A stretch of DNA of 52,280 nt, from the NCBI GenBank assembly GCA_034440375.1, contig JAWXBZ010000041.1:1-52280 (forward strand), in the 5' to 3' direction. A program made the position numbers and the translations under genes. The notes beneath the pieces are model-generated. The model was not told the origin of the DNA. It searched no databases and saw nothing but the letters and a program-made list of their open reading frames with translations. Shown piece by piece: positions 37,639 through 47,101 of this stretch (its first letter is position 1; each line of letters starts with the position of its first letter). Source of the DNA: Candidatus Eiseniibacteriota bacterium. Lineage in GTDB: Bacteria > Eisenbacteria > RBG-16-71-46 > JABDJR01 > JAWXBZ01.

Positions 37639-40250
37639 GACAGGAGCTGCTCCACAATCCCGGCCGCCTTGCCGATGGCTTCGGGCAGGCGATCCGGCTG
37701 TTTGGCGCCGGCCGTGGCGAAATTGGCCTTGCCGCCCCCCGAACCGCCAACCAGCCGGGCGACTTCACGAACGATCTGGTCGGCTTTGAGTCGCCCCGAT
37801 TGCGCGAGATCGTCAGTCACGACGGCGATGATCATCGCCTTGCCGTCGAAGCGGGCCCCGAGCACGGCCGCTCCGCTCCGCAGTGTCGATTTGATCGTGT
37901 CAGCGGCATCGCGGAGGCTGTCCATGCTGTCGGCCGGCACCTCGGCGGCCAGAAAACGAATGCCCGCAAGGTCAACGATCTGGTCCGTCAGCTCAAAGGT
38001 CTTTTCAGCAAGCGCGCGACTCTTGTGTCCGTCGAGTTCCTGGCGGAGTCGCTGGTTCTCTTCGAGGAGGTGCTGCAGTTTTTCTTCGACATCACCCCGT
38101 CCGGCCTTGAGACGCTCCGCCATCCGGTCGAGGACGGCCTCATCCTCGGCCAGAAGACGCAGCGCCTTCCAACCGGTGGCCGCCTCGATACGCCGCGTGC
38201 CGGAGGCCACCGATTCTTCCGCGATGAGACGGAACGCGCCAATTTCCCCGGTGCGCCGGACATGCGTGCCGCCGCACAATTCGCGGCTGACATCGGACAC
38301 GATCACCTGGCGGACCCGTTCACCGTACTTCTCGCCAAAAAGGGCCATGGCCCCGCTGGCGCGCGCCGCATCGAGTGAACCCCATTCCGTCACGACGGGC
38401 AGATCGGCCAGGATGGCCTCATTGACCAGCCGCTCGATTTCTTCCCGCTGGGGCGCCGTGATCGCCGCGAAGTGGGCAAAGTCGAATCGAAGCCGATCAG
38501 GCGTCACCAGTGAACCGGCCTGGGCCACATGCGTGCCCAGTACCTGCCGAAGTGCGGCGTGGAGCAGGTGGGTGGCCGTGTGATTTCGTTCGGTGGCCCG
38601 GCGGAGAGTTCCCGGAACCTCGGCCGACCAGGGTCCCGGCGTGATTTCACCGCGAACGATCGTCCCCCGGTGGACGAATTCCCCCTTGTCATTCTTCCGC
38701 ACCGAATCGACCCGGATCTGCCCGGTCGGCGATTCGAGAAGGCCGGTGTCAGCCACCTGGCCACCCCCCTCGGCGTAGAACGGAGTACGGTCGAGCAGAA
38801 ATTCAATCGCCTCACCCGCCTCTCGAACGGCAACAAGGGACGCCGGGGCCAGGAGCCCTTCGTAGCCCACAAACTCGCTGTGCAACGACGACTCATCCGC
38901 CGGCGCGAGCCATTGCCACGGCTGGTCCGACTCACCGGCGGCCGTCTCGAACTTGCTGGCGGCACGGCTTCGCTTGACCTGTCGGGCCATCTCGCTCTCG
39001 AAGGCCGGATGATCCACGGAGAGGCCGCGCTCGGCCGCCATCTCCACAGTCAGATCAAAAGGGAATCCGAATGTGTCATAAAGCAGGAAGGCGTCGGCGC
39101 CGGCCAGGGCCGTTTCACCACGCGCGCCAAGCCGGCCGGCAATTTCCTCGAAGCGGTGCATTCCCTGCGCAACCGTGGCCAGGAACCGTTCCTCCTCGGC
39201 CCGGAGGACCAGGGCCACCCGCTCGCGGGTCGACCGGAGTTCCGTGTAATGATCGCCGAGAATATCGACGACGACGCCCGAGAGCTTGTGCAGAAACGGC
39301 TCCGACAGGCCGATCATCTGTCCGCGACGAGCAGCGCGTCGCAGGAGGCGGCGGATGACGTAGCCGCGTCCCTCGTTGCCGGGGTAGATCCCCTCACTGG
39401 TAGCCACGGTCAGTGCACGGGCATGCTCGGCGATTATTCGAAGCGGGATACGGGCCGCCTCCGAATCCGGATCGACCGAAGCCATGTCGGCCGCCGCCTC
39501 GATGATCGGCCGAAAGGCGTCGGTTTCGAAAACGGAAGCCTGGCCGTTCAGGATCTGGGTCAACCGTTCCAGACCCATGCCGGTGTCGATGCCCCGTTTG
39601 GCCAACGGCCCCAGGTTTCCCTGTTCGTCCTGGAAGAACTGAGGAAAGACGAGATTCCAGAATTCCTGATAGCGATCGTGCTCATCGCCGGGGCGTGCCG
39701 TGTCCGGACCGAAGGCGGGGCCCAGGTCGTAATAGATTTCGCTGCAGGGACCGCAGGCGCCGCTGGCACCGGCCGGACCCCAGAAATTGTCTTTCCTGCC
39801 AAGACGCACGATTCGATCAGCCGGAAGGCCGATCTCGCTGGTCCAGATGTTTGCGGCCTCGTCATCATCCAGGTAGACCGATGCCCAGAGACGATCCGAG
39901 GGCATCTTTAGGACATCGGTGCAGAACTCCCATGCCCAGGCGATGGCCTCCCGCTTGAAGTAGTCGCCGAAGCTGAAATTGCCGAGCATCTCGAAAAAGG
40001 TGCAGTGGCGCGGCGTGTGACCAACGAGTTCGAGATCGGTGACCCGGAAGCACTTCTGCACCGAGGTGGCGCGGGTGAATTCCAGGCGCCCGGTGGCGGC
40101 ATACAACTGCTTGAACTGAACCATGCCAGCCGAGGTGAAGAGGAGCGTCGGATCGTCCTTCGGAACGATGGACGAGGAGGGTATGACCCGGTGATCCCGT
40201 TGAGCGAAGAATTCGAGATACTGGTGGCGCAGGTCGGCGGAACGGATCAT
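37635..40250 (-). CDS. alaS: Alanine--tRNA ligase
   Basis: DPTLLFTSAGMVQFK, FFEMLGNFSFGDYFK, IDTGMGLER, HTATHLL, ELCGGTH, GGGK...A.AG. Confidence 0.97.
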   Translation of the reverse strand: MIRSADLRHQYLEFFAQRDHRVIPSSSIVPKDDPTLLFTSAGMVQFKQLYAATGRLEFTRATSVQKCFRVTDLELVGHTPRHCTFFEMLGNFSFGDYFKREAIAWAWEFCTDVLKMPSDRLWASVYLDDDEAANIWTSEIGLPADRIVRLGRKDNFWGPAGASGACGPCSEIYYDLGPAFGPDTARPGDEHDRYQEFWNLVFPQFFQDEQGNLGPLAKRGIDTGMGLERLTQILNGQASVFETDAFRPIIEAAADMASVDPDSEAARIPLRIIAEHARALTVATSEGIYPGNEGRGYVIRRLLRRAARRGQMIGLSEPFLHKLSGVVVDILGDHYTELRSTRERVALVLRAEEERFLATVAQGMHRFEEIAGRLGARGETALAGADAFLLYDTFGFPFDLTVEMAAERGLSVDHPAFESEMARQVKRSRAASKFETAAGESDQPWQWLAPADESSLHSEFVGYEGLLAPASLVAVREAGEAIEFLLDRTPFYAEGGGQVADTGLLESPTGQIRVDSVRKNDKGEFVHRGTIVRGEITPGPWSAEVPGTLRRATERNHTATHLLHAALRQVLGTHVAQAGSLVTPDRLRFDFAHFAAITAPQREEIERLVNEAILADLPVVTEWGSLDAARASGAMALFGEKYGERVRQVIVSDVSRELCGGTHVRRTGEIGAFRLIAEESVASGTRRIEAATGWKALRLLAEDEAVLDRMAERLKAGRGDVEEKLQHLLEENQRLRQELDGHKSRALAEKTFELTDQIVDLAGIRFLAAEVPADSMDSLRDAADTIKSTLRSGAAVLGARFDGKAMIIAVVTDDLAQSGRLKADQIVREVARLVGGSGGGKANFATAGAKQPDRLPEAIGKAAGIVEQLLS

Positions 40251-40509
40251 CGGTCGAACTCGCTTTCAGGCGGCGGCCCCGTGGTCGCCGGCGGGTCGAT
40301 TCGGCTTGTGGCGCCCCATTGTCGGGGATTGATCACCGGATGAGCCGGGCGCGGATCTGCCGGACCGGTCATGAAGCGATGGAGTATACGGTCTCGGGTC
40401 GGCCGGGGCTATACTTTCCGGCCTGTCGGCCCTGTCCTGTGACTGTTTCAGGTTTTCGACTGTGTCTGATTCAGGCCTTCCGCCTGTGTGCATTTCAGGG
40501 GTCTGTCGC

Positions 40510-41028
40510 ATGTTCCTGTCCCGATTCGGCCCGCCAAGATGCCCCTGTTGGCTGCTGGCGGCGCTCGCCCTGCTGCTGAGTGGCGTCGGGGCCCGTACGC
40601 CACCGGCGGCCCGGGCCCAACTTCCGGGCGGGGCCATCGTCGATTCGTTGATTCAGGCTCCCTCTCTCCCTCCGGAACGGGTCGAGGTGGCCATGATTTT
40701 CCTGGCCTTCGACGGGAGCATCCGGTCCAAAGACATTGGACGGACGCGCGATCAGGCCGACAGCCTGGCGCGTCATCTCCTGATACGGGCGCGGAGCGGC
40801 GCCGACTTCGACAGCCTGAAACTCGCCGCCTGCGACCAGCCCCGCGAGAAGCCCGTGATCCTGGTCAACAAGGGGGTCCGCCCGGGTCCTGGTGAGCGCA
40901 CCCGCCGGATGGTCGAGCCGGCCGTGGGCGACCTGGCATTCGGCATGAGCATTGGCAACATCGGCATGGTGGTTCCCAACAACACCACCTGCCGCTATGG
41001 TTATTACATCGTCCAGCGTCGGCGATAG
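40510..41028 (+). CDS. Secreted parvulin-like protein, catalytic His residues missing
   Basis: Signal peptide; aligns by eye with the two downstream parvulins (PERVEV, ARSGADFDSL, GDLAF, YGYYIVQR). Confidence 0.7.
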   Translation: MFLSRFGPPRCPCWLLAALALLLSGVGARTPPAARAQLPGGAIVDSLIQAPSLPPERVEVAMIFLAFDGSIRSKDIGRTRDQADSLARHLLIRARSGADFDSLKLAACDQPREKPVILVNKGVRPGPGERTRRMVEPAVGDLAFGMSIGNIGMVVPNNTTCRYGYYIVQRRR

Positions 41029-41067
41029 GCTGGCGCCCCATCACAACTGACATCGAGGAGAATCCTG

Positions 41068-41667
41068 ATGACCCGTTCGACACGATTCACCCGCACGGCT
41101 CTGGCCGTCGGCGGATTCGCCACCCTGCTGGTGGCCGCAACACTTTCGACGGTGACGGCCGAGACCCCGAAGGGGGCCGCCAGTCAGCCGTCCGTCAAGG
41201 CCAGGGCGAGCGCCACCGCCACCACCACCAAAGCCGTGAAAGGAACCATGCCCGTGAAGCCCGCCACGACGCCCGAACGAATCCAGGTGCAACACATCCT
41301 CATCGGCTTCTTGAAAGACGCGGCACCGGGCCAGAAGGAGCGGATGAGCAGTGTCCCCGGCCAGCCGATCACCCGGTCCATGGACGAGGCCAAAGCGCTC
41401 GCCCACAAGATTCTCGACGAGGCCCGGGCCGGTGCGCCGTTCGATACGCTGGTGAAAAAATACACCGAGGATTCGTTCCCTGGGATCTACGGCCTCAGCA
41501 ACTTCAAGGTTGAGGCCAACAAGGCCAACAACGAGTACCCGCGGGAAGGCATGGTCGCGGCCTTCGGCGATGTCGGATTCAACCTGTCGGTCGGCAACAT
41601 CGACGTGGCCGAGTACGATCAGACCAAGAGTCCGTTCGGCTGGCATATCATCAAGCGGCTGAAGTAA
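41068..41667 (+). CDS. Secreted parvulin (PpiC-type) peptidyl-prolyl isomerase
   Basis: GAGGAG RBS, signal peptide, Thr/Ala/Lys linker, VQHILIGF, MVAAFGDVGF, SPFGWHIIKR. Confidence 0.88.
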   Translation: MTRSTRFTRTALAVGGFATLLVAATLSTVTAETPKGAASQPSVKARASATATTTKAVKGTMPVKPATTPERIQVQHILIGFLKDAAPGQKERMSSVPGQPITRSMDEAKALAHKILDEARAGAPFDTLVKKYTEDSFPGIYGLSNFKVEANKANNEYPREGMVAAFGDVGFNLSVGNIDVAEYDQTKSPFGWHIIKRLK

Positions 41668-41684
41668 CGGGAAACCTTTCGCAA

Positions 41685-41719
41685 GCGGCGCCCGGTGGAC
41701 GTGACCGTCCGGGCGCCGC
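41685..41719 (+). terminator. GC-rich hairpin after the second parvulin gene
   Basis: 11-bp inverted repeat GCGGCGCCCGG/CCGGGCGCCGC; weak U tract. Confidence 0.45.
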
Positions 41720-41804
41720 GGCGTTTCGCCAGGGCGTCGCGGCATTTCGCCCGTGTGATCTCCGCCGCCCTTCCGCCCGAACCTGTTCTCCGGAGGCGAT
41801 CCGA

Positions 41805-42308
41805 ATGAGCCGACAGCCCGGACGATGGCTCGCCCTCTTGATCCTGCTCCTGCTCGCTCCCGCGGGGTGCAGCGACGATGACGGATCAGACTCCATGGGC
41901 CCCCCCATGATGCCCGAGCGAATCCAGGTGCAGCATGTCCTCATTGGATTTCTCAAGGAACCGGCGCCGGGTCAGTCGGAAGGGCATAGCACCATCCCCG
42001 GCCGAATGATCACGCGATCGAAGGATGCCGCCAGGGCGCTCGCCGATAGACTGCTTCTTGAAGCACGGGCCGGTGCCTCCTTCGACACACTGGTGATGAA
42101 TCACAGTGAGGACGAGTTTCCGGGGATTTATGGCATCAGCAACTTCGGGGTTTCGCCCAATCAATCGGACAACGAATACCCGCGCGAGGCGCTTGTTCCG
42201 GGCTTCGGCGACGTCGGATTCAATCTGCCGGTCGGCGGTATCGATGTGGCCGAGTACGAACCGGTCAAGAGCCCGTACGGTTGGCATGTCATCAAGAGGC
42301 TGAGGTAA
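41805..42308 (+). CDS. Parvulin (PpiC-type) PPIase lipoprotein
   Basis: Lipobox PAGC-SDDD; VQHVLIGF, FGDVGF, SPYGWHVIKR; close paralogue of 41068-41667. Confidence 0.88.
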   Translation: MSRQPGRWLALLILLLLAPAGCSDDDGSDSMGPPMMPERIQVQHVLIGFLKEPAPGQSEGHSTIPGRMITRSKDAARALADRLLLEARAGASFDTLVMNHSEDEFPGIYGISNFGVSPNQSDNEYPREALVPGFGDVGFNLPVGGIDVAEYEPVKSPYGWHVIKRLR

Positions 42309-42403
42309 GCAGACGAGTGCCGGGGATGGAAGTCAGAAGGATGCCGGGCGCAGGTTCGGGGCGAAGGAAGTCGGAGAAATTGCTCCCGCGCGCGGGCCGT
42401 TCG

Positions 42404-44209
42404 TCAATATCTCCGCGGCAGGTAGATCGCCGACAACCGCACGTTATGCAGGCTCGGTTGACGCGGCTGCGTCCCCTTCCTGGCTGTCAGGTAAATCGTG
42501 ACCGGTCCGGCCAGGTTGACCGGGAAAACTCCCTGCACCTGTGCCGGGAAGCTGAACAGTTCCGAGAGCAGGCTGCCGGGCAGACCGAGCAGGCAGGACG
42601 TCGAGTCGGGTACGTCGTCCGCCACGGTCGACAACGCCAGCGTCACGCGCGAGGCCTGGCCGGTGTCGTGCAGCAGGAACACCTGCATGTTGCCGGAGGC
42701 CTGGATCCACCCCGGTCCGGGCACATCGAGTGTGATCGAGGTGATTGTCTGGCCGCTGGTACTGACCACCGAGTCGGCGAAGCCCGGAATGGATCGAAAG
42801 TCGAGGCCCGGCGAGTTGGCCATTACCACATCCCCCAGCGACTGGCCGGCTACCGCGGCCCCCGTCACGGATCCGGGCTGGAGCTCGGCGGCTCCCACGG
42901 CATTCGAGGCGAGGGCGGCCGAACCAACCGAGCCGGGCGCCAGCTTGTTACCGCTGACGGCTCCGTCGAATAACTTGGCTTCGGTCACGGAGCCATCCTG
43001 GAGGTGTGTGGCATTGATGGTGGAAGCCGCCAGATCACCGCCGGTGAGCGTGCCGTTCAGGATATCGGTGCCACTCAGGGTGCCGTCCTGGATATCCGAA
43101 CCGGTCAGTGTGCCGTTCAAGATGTCGTCGCCGGTGACGCTGGAGTTGGCAATGTCGTCACCATTGATCGAGGCGTCGGCGATCTGCTCGCTCCCGACCG
43201 CCCCGGGTGCCAGTTGCGCCCTGCCGATGCCACCGGCCGTGAGGTGTCGGGCCAGCACCTGCCCATCGCCGAGGCGCGTCGAATCGATGACCCCCGCCGG
43301 CAGCCATTCGGCTGAAATTAGCCGATCCACCAGCGGCTGAGGGACGCCGGCCAGGTTGTCCCAATGCAGGCGATTCGAACCGAGGTTCGGAGGATTGCCG
43401 TCGGTGGTGGCGGCCGCCCCCCCCAGGAGATACTGAGGATGATCGTTGTCGCCGAGCCCGGAGAGCTGGCCGTGATCGAGTACACCTTCCCCGACCTGAT
43501 CGACGCCGTCCGCGATTCCCTCAGGGATACCGAAGAGGTTGTTCCAGTGCACCTGATTCGAACCCAGGTTCGGCACCGACCCGTCGTTCCCGTTGAGCTG
43601 CGCCCGTACACCGGCAGCGGCGATGTCCGCCGCCCCCACCGGATCAAAATCGGTCGATCGTTTCCCGTTCAGACGATTGGCTTCGATGGCAAACGGAACA
43701 GAGGCCACGCGCAGCCGGGGCTCAAGTTCATCTCCCCCGCCCACCGAAGTCCCGAGCCAGCGATCGGGATCGCTCCAGGCGTTCACCGGAAAGGGGGTCA
43801 GGCTCCCGAGCAGGAGGCTGTAGATCCCTTCCCCCGTCAAGCCGACGTTTGGATGTGTTTCGGTCCAGAGTGGCGACCCGCCGGAAGCCACACCAAACAG
43901 GGAAATCTGGAGCGTGACCGGCCCCGGTATCGGCGTGCCGGACCCATCGGTCAACCGCCCCTGGTACAGGACCGTCAACGGCGTGGCGGCGATCGTGGTC
44001 GGCGCATTGGGCAAGGGATAGGTTGGGAGTCGGTCGGCGGGAGGGGTGGTGTCGGGTTCCGCCGTGAGGCCCGGCTCGGCCGCGAGGTCCGGCTCGGCAG
44101 CATTCACCGATCGAACGGCACCCGTCCACCCGAAGACAAGTAGCACCACGGCGACCGGGACGAAAAGTGCCCACCTCGAGTGAGCGCGCTCCGACACCGG
44201 CCACGGCAT
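42404..44209 (-). CDS. Secreted fibre-like protein with decapeptide repeats
   Basis: Signal peptide, YQGRLTD..G.P...W.E N-domain, SVPFA..A, then about 16 [LI]x[DN]G[ST][VI]TxxD/K repeats. Start set at ATG 44209. Confidence 0.78.
   Translation of the reverse strand: MPWPVSERAHSRWALFVPVAVVLLVFGWTGAVRSVNAAEPDLAAEPGLTAEPDTTPPADRLPTYPLPNAPTTIAATPLTVLYQGRLTDGSGTPIPGPVTLQISLFGVASGGSPLWTETHPNVGLTGEGIYSLLLGSLTPFPVNAWSDPDRWLGTSVGGGDELEPRLRVASVPFAIEANRLNGKRSTDFDPVGAADIAAAGVRAQLNGNDGSVPNLGSNQVHWNNLFGIPEGIADGVDQVGEGVLDHGQLSGLGDNDHPQYLLGGAAATTDGNPPNLGSNRLHWDNLAGVPQPLVDRLISAEWLPAGVIDSTRLGDGQVLARHLTAGGIGRAQLAPGAVGSEQIADASINGDDIANSSVTGDDILNGTLTGSDIQDGTLSGTDILNGTLTGGDLAASTINATHLQDGSVTEAKLFDGAVSGNKLAPGSVGSAALASNAVGAAELQPGSVTGAAVAGQSLGDVVMANSPGLDFRSIPGFADSVVSTSGQTITSITLDVPGPGWIQASGNMQVFLLHDTGQASRVTLALSTVADDVPDSTSCLLGLPGSLLSELFSFPAQVQGVFPVNLAGPVTIYLTARKGTQPRQPSLHNVRLSAIYLPRRY
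42824..43303 (-). repeat. 16 tandem 10-aa (30-bp) repeats within the CDS
   Basis: LPAGVIDSTR/LGDGQVLARH/.../IADASINGDD/IANSSVTGDD/ILNGTLTGSD/IQDGTLSGTD/ILNGTLTGGD/.../LQDGSVTEAK/LFDGAVSGNK/.../VAGQSLGDVV. Confidence 0.85.
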
Positions 44210-44223
44210 CCGGAACGCATTAC

Positions 44224-46365
44224 CTACCGAAGCCACCGATCGAACCAGGCGAGGGTCCGCCGCGAGGCGTCGATCCGATGGTTCGGTTCGCGAAAGCCGT
44301 GTCCCTCGCGAGGGTAGGTGATGAAATCGACCGGCCTTCGGAGCACGGTCAGGGCCGTCCACATTTCTCTTGAGTTCGAAATCCCCACGGCCGGATCGTG
44401 CTCCCCGTGCAGAAGCAGGAGCGGCGTATGAATTCGATCGACATGCCATGCCGGCGACAGTTCCGTCCAGAGTCGATTCCCCTTCCAGTACGGATCGCCC
44501 AGAAATTCCAGTTCATAGGAAGGCGATTGCCCGTTACCGAAGTCGGTGATGAGACTTGAAAACCCGTACATCGAGACGGCAGCCTTGAACCGATCGCTCT
44601 GTGAAATCGACCACATGGTCAGGTACCCGCCGTACGAGCCCCCCATGATACCGAGCCGTGATGAATCGGCCAATCCCCGTGCGATCAGGCTGTCCAGCCC
44701 GGCCATGACGTCCCGGCAGGGGCCCTCGGCAAAATCGCCTTTCGTGGCGGTTCCGAAGGCATTGCCATACCCCTTGCTGCCGCGAAAATTGGGCATATAA
44801 ACGAGGTAGCCGTGGGAAGCGAGGACCAGGGCGGTGGGGTTGTCGCGGAGGCGGAAGGTGTTCCGGTTGTAGGGGCCGCCGTGGAGCTGGGTGATGGTGG
44901 GGTACGGGCCGGGGCCGAAGATGGTGGTTTCGGGGAGGGCTAGGAGGGCTTCGGTGATGACGCCATCCGAGCTTGTCGTCTGGATGATCACGAATTCGGG
45001 CTCTCGGGGATCCCCCGCGGCGGGAGCCAGTTCCGTCAGGACGCGAGGGTTCGCCCCTGGCGGGGCATGGAAAAGGTCAGAATCAGACACCAAGTCCAAG
45101 CCCAGCACCAAACCAAATTCCATCCCCCTGATCCAAACCTCCGGCCACTCCCGCAGCGACTCGGAAATGTAGGCGATGCGCCCTCCGGCGACGACCGGCG
45201 AGAATTCACTGTCAAAGGCTTCCAGCCCCCTGGTCCTCGACGATCCCTTCGGTTCGATACACAACTCTGTCAGTTGGTTGAATCCCCGCATGGCTCGCTC
45301 GGCCAGGATCCGGCCACACCCATGGTCCTCTTGAAACCAACCGACCGGATCCAACGCGACATCGACCGCACCCGACAGGCAACGCTGGTTCGAACCGTCG
45401 GCGTCCATCACCCACAGGTCCTCCTGTGAGTAGGTGATGGACGTGTCCTGGTCCGCTTTCCAGAGTATCCTCCTGCCGTCGGCCACGAACATTGGCCGTG
45501 TATCGGGACCCCAGCGCGTTGTAAGCCGGCGCCGCACACCGTCCTTCCGATCGAACAGCCACAAGTCCGTCGGACTCTCTTCGCCATGCGGATCACCGCC
45601 GTTCGTGGCGTAGACGATCCGCTGGTCGTCCGGGGAGAGATCCCAATCGCCGAGCCCGTAGTCAACGGTCGTGATCAGGATTGGATCGCCACCGGATATC
45701 GGCTGCAGTCGAAATTCAAACGGCCGGGAGTCGGCCCCGGCAGTGACCCCATCGAATCCTCGTCGACGCTCGACCACCCGCTGCCGACTTTCGGTGGTCG
45801 ACAGCGACTCCCGCGTCTTGTAGATGACCCCACTCCCATCATGCAGCCATCGGTAGCTCTCCACCCCTTCCAGCCCATTCGTCAGGCGAAGCGGCGCACC
45901 CGCGGGCATTCTCTGGATCCACACCTGCGATCGGGCCGCAGCACTTGAATCGACTCGAGTGCCATCGACCCCGCTCCCCCGGTTCAGCCGACTTCGAAAT
46001 CCGAGAACGTGGCCGATCGGCGCCCAACGTAGCTCGGTCTCGATATCCGGCGTCTCGGTCCAGCGCGTCTTCTGCCGTGGCGCCATGGTCTTGCTGTCGA
46101 TCCGGACACTCCAGACATCGCCCACGCGCCGATTGAGGTGGGTATCCGCCCGGCTGACTACGAAGGCAACCACGACCCCATCCGGCGACACGCAAGGCTC
46201 CGACGGCACCTCGCGCGTGAGTATGTCGGCCATGTCCAGTGAACGCGTGCCAGGAGCCGACGCACCCATCGGACCAGGCGCCGTCATCAGGAGCCAGCCC
46301 ACCACCGCGGGCATCACGAGTTGCGATACAGCAACGCTGGTCAAGGCTCCACCCCGGCCGTTCAA
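44224..46365 (-). CDS. S9 family (prolyl oligopeptidase/acylaminoacyl) peptidase
   Basis: Beta-propeller repeats (SPDG, SPDD), HGGP, PNFRGS.GYG, GGSYGG nucleophile, HGEHD, YPREGHG. Confidence 0.9.
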   Translation of the reverse strand: MNGRGGALTSVAVSQLVMPAVVGWLLMTAPGPMGASAPGTRSLDMADILTREVPSEPCVSPDGVVVAFVVSRADTHLNRRVGDVWSVRIDSKTMAPRQKTRWTETPDIETELRWAPIGHVLGFRSRLNRGSGVDGTRVDSSAAARSQVWIQRMPAGAPLRLTNGLEGVESYRWLHDGSGVIYKTRESLSTTESRQRVVERRRGFDGVTAGADSRPFEFRLQPISGGDPILITTVDYGLGDWDLSPDDQRIVYATNGGDPHGEESPTDLWLFDRKDGVRRRLTTRWGPDTRPMFVADGRRILWKADQDTSITYSQEDLWVMDADGSNQRCLSGAVDVALDPVGWFQEDHGCGRILAERAMRGFNQLTELCIEPKGSSRTRGLEAFDSEFSPVVAGGRIAYISESLREWPEVWIRGMEFGLVLGLDLVSDSDLFHAPPGANPRVLTELAPAAGDPREPEFVIIQTTSSDGVITEALLALPETTIFGPGPYPTITQLHGGPYNRNTFRLRDNPTALVLASHGYLVYMPNFRGSKGYGNAFGTATKGDFAEGPCRDVMAGLDSLIARGLADSSRLGIMGGSYGGYLTMWSISQSDRFKAAVSMYGFSSLITDFGNGQSPSYELEFLGDPYWKGNRLWTELSPAWHVDRIHTPLLLLHGEHDPAVGISNSREMWTALTVLRRPVDFITYPREGHGFREPNHRIDASRRTLAWFDRWLR

Positions 46366-46402
46366 ATCGGCCCGGACCGAGTCTTGTCAGCCTTGACTAA
46401 CA

Positions 46403-46424
46403 CAACTCGCACCGGTGCGAGTTG
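46403..46424. repeat. Perfect 22-bp palindrome
   Basis: CAACTCGCACCGGTGCGAGTTG is its own reverse complement; intergenic between recX and the S9 gene. Confidence 0.85.
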
Positions 46425-46559
46425 GTGCGATGGGACGCGCGTCGAGCGGACTCGTTCCGGAACGAATTCACTTCTGACGATGATAGTTTGCCAGTTGAAG
46501 TTCATTCGCCCGACCATACAGCCCTTCGAATCCGATCGGCCGGCCTCGCCGGCCTCCGC

Positions 46560-47084
46560 TCAGTCATCCAGACCGGGAGTCGCTTCGAGCCCGGACCCCG
46601 CTTCAAACCCCGAACCCGCCGCAAACGCCGCCAGCGCCGCCCTCTCGATCACATCCCCCGAAAACCCGCGGCGCGCCAGGAATTCCCAGGCCTTCCGTTT
46701 TCGATCGCGTTCCGGCAAGCGCGACAGCGCGTTCAACTTCGGCCGGAGCGCTTTCATCGCATCATCCAGCGGATCATGCTCGTCGCGACGTTCCGCCAGC
46801 GCCTGATCAATCAACGGCCCCGGCACGCCCTTGGCCTGCAATTCGCTTCGTAACAACCGAGCACCGCGCGGCTTTCCGGCCGCGCGGTGCTCGAGGTAGA
46901 CACGGGCATATTGCAGATCATCGATCAGGCCGACTTCGGTCAGGCGATCGAGCACGGGATCGAACTCGGCCGCGCTGCCCCCCTTCCGACGCAGGATCGT
47001 GGCCACTTCGGACCGGGTGCGGCGTCGCCGTTCCAGCGCGCGGAGAGCCTCCTCGCGGATGGCATCAACACCCGACAGGCTCAC
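46560..47084 (-). CDS. recX: Regulatory protein RecX
   Basis: AL..L.RR.RT..E...L.RKG, GLIDD..YA, G...LR.EL..KGV, FLARRGF; directly after recA. Confidence 0.9.
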   Translation of the reverse strand: MSLSGVDAIREEALRALERRRRTRSEVATILRRKGGSAAEFDPVLDRLTEVGLIDDLQYARVYLEHRAAGKPRGARLLRSELQAKGVPGPLIDQALAERRDEHDPLDDAMKALRPKLNALSRLPERDRKRKAWEFLARRGFSGDVIERAALAAFAAGSGFEAGSGLEATPGLDD

Positions 47085-47101
47085 GTCCCGGCCCCGGCCA
47101 T

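Noticed and set aside
40266-40637. ORF or T-box leader upstream of alaS
   Set aside because: No T-box consensus; the ORF is low-complexity and overlaps the divergent parvulin gene.
43020-43180. 30-bp periodic DNA as a CRISPR array or DGR repeat
   Set aside because: Degenerate in-frame protein repeats with no spacers, and no cas or reverse transcriptase gene in the window.
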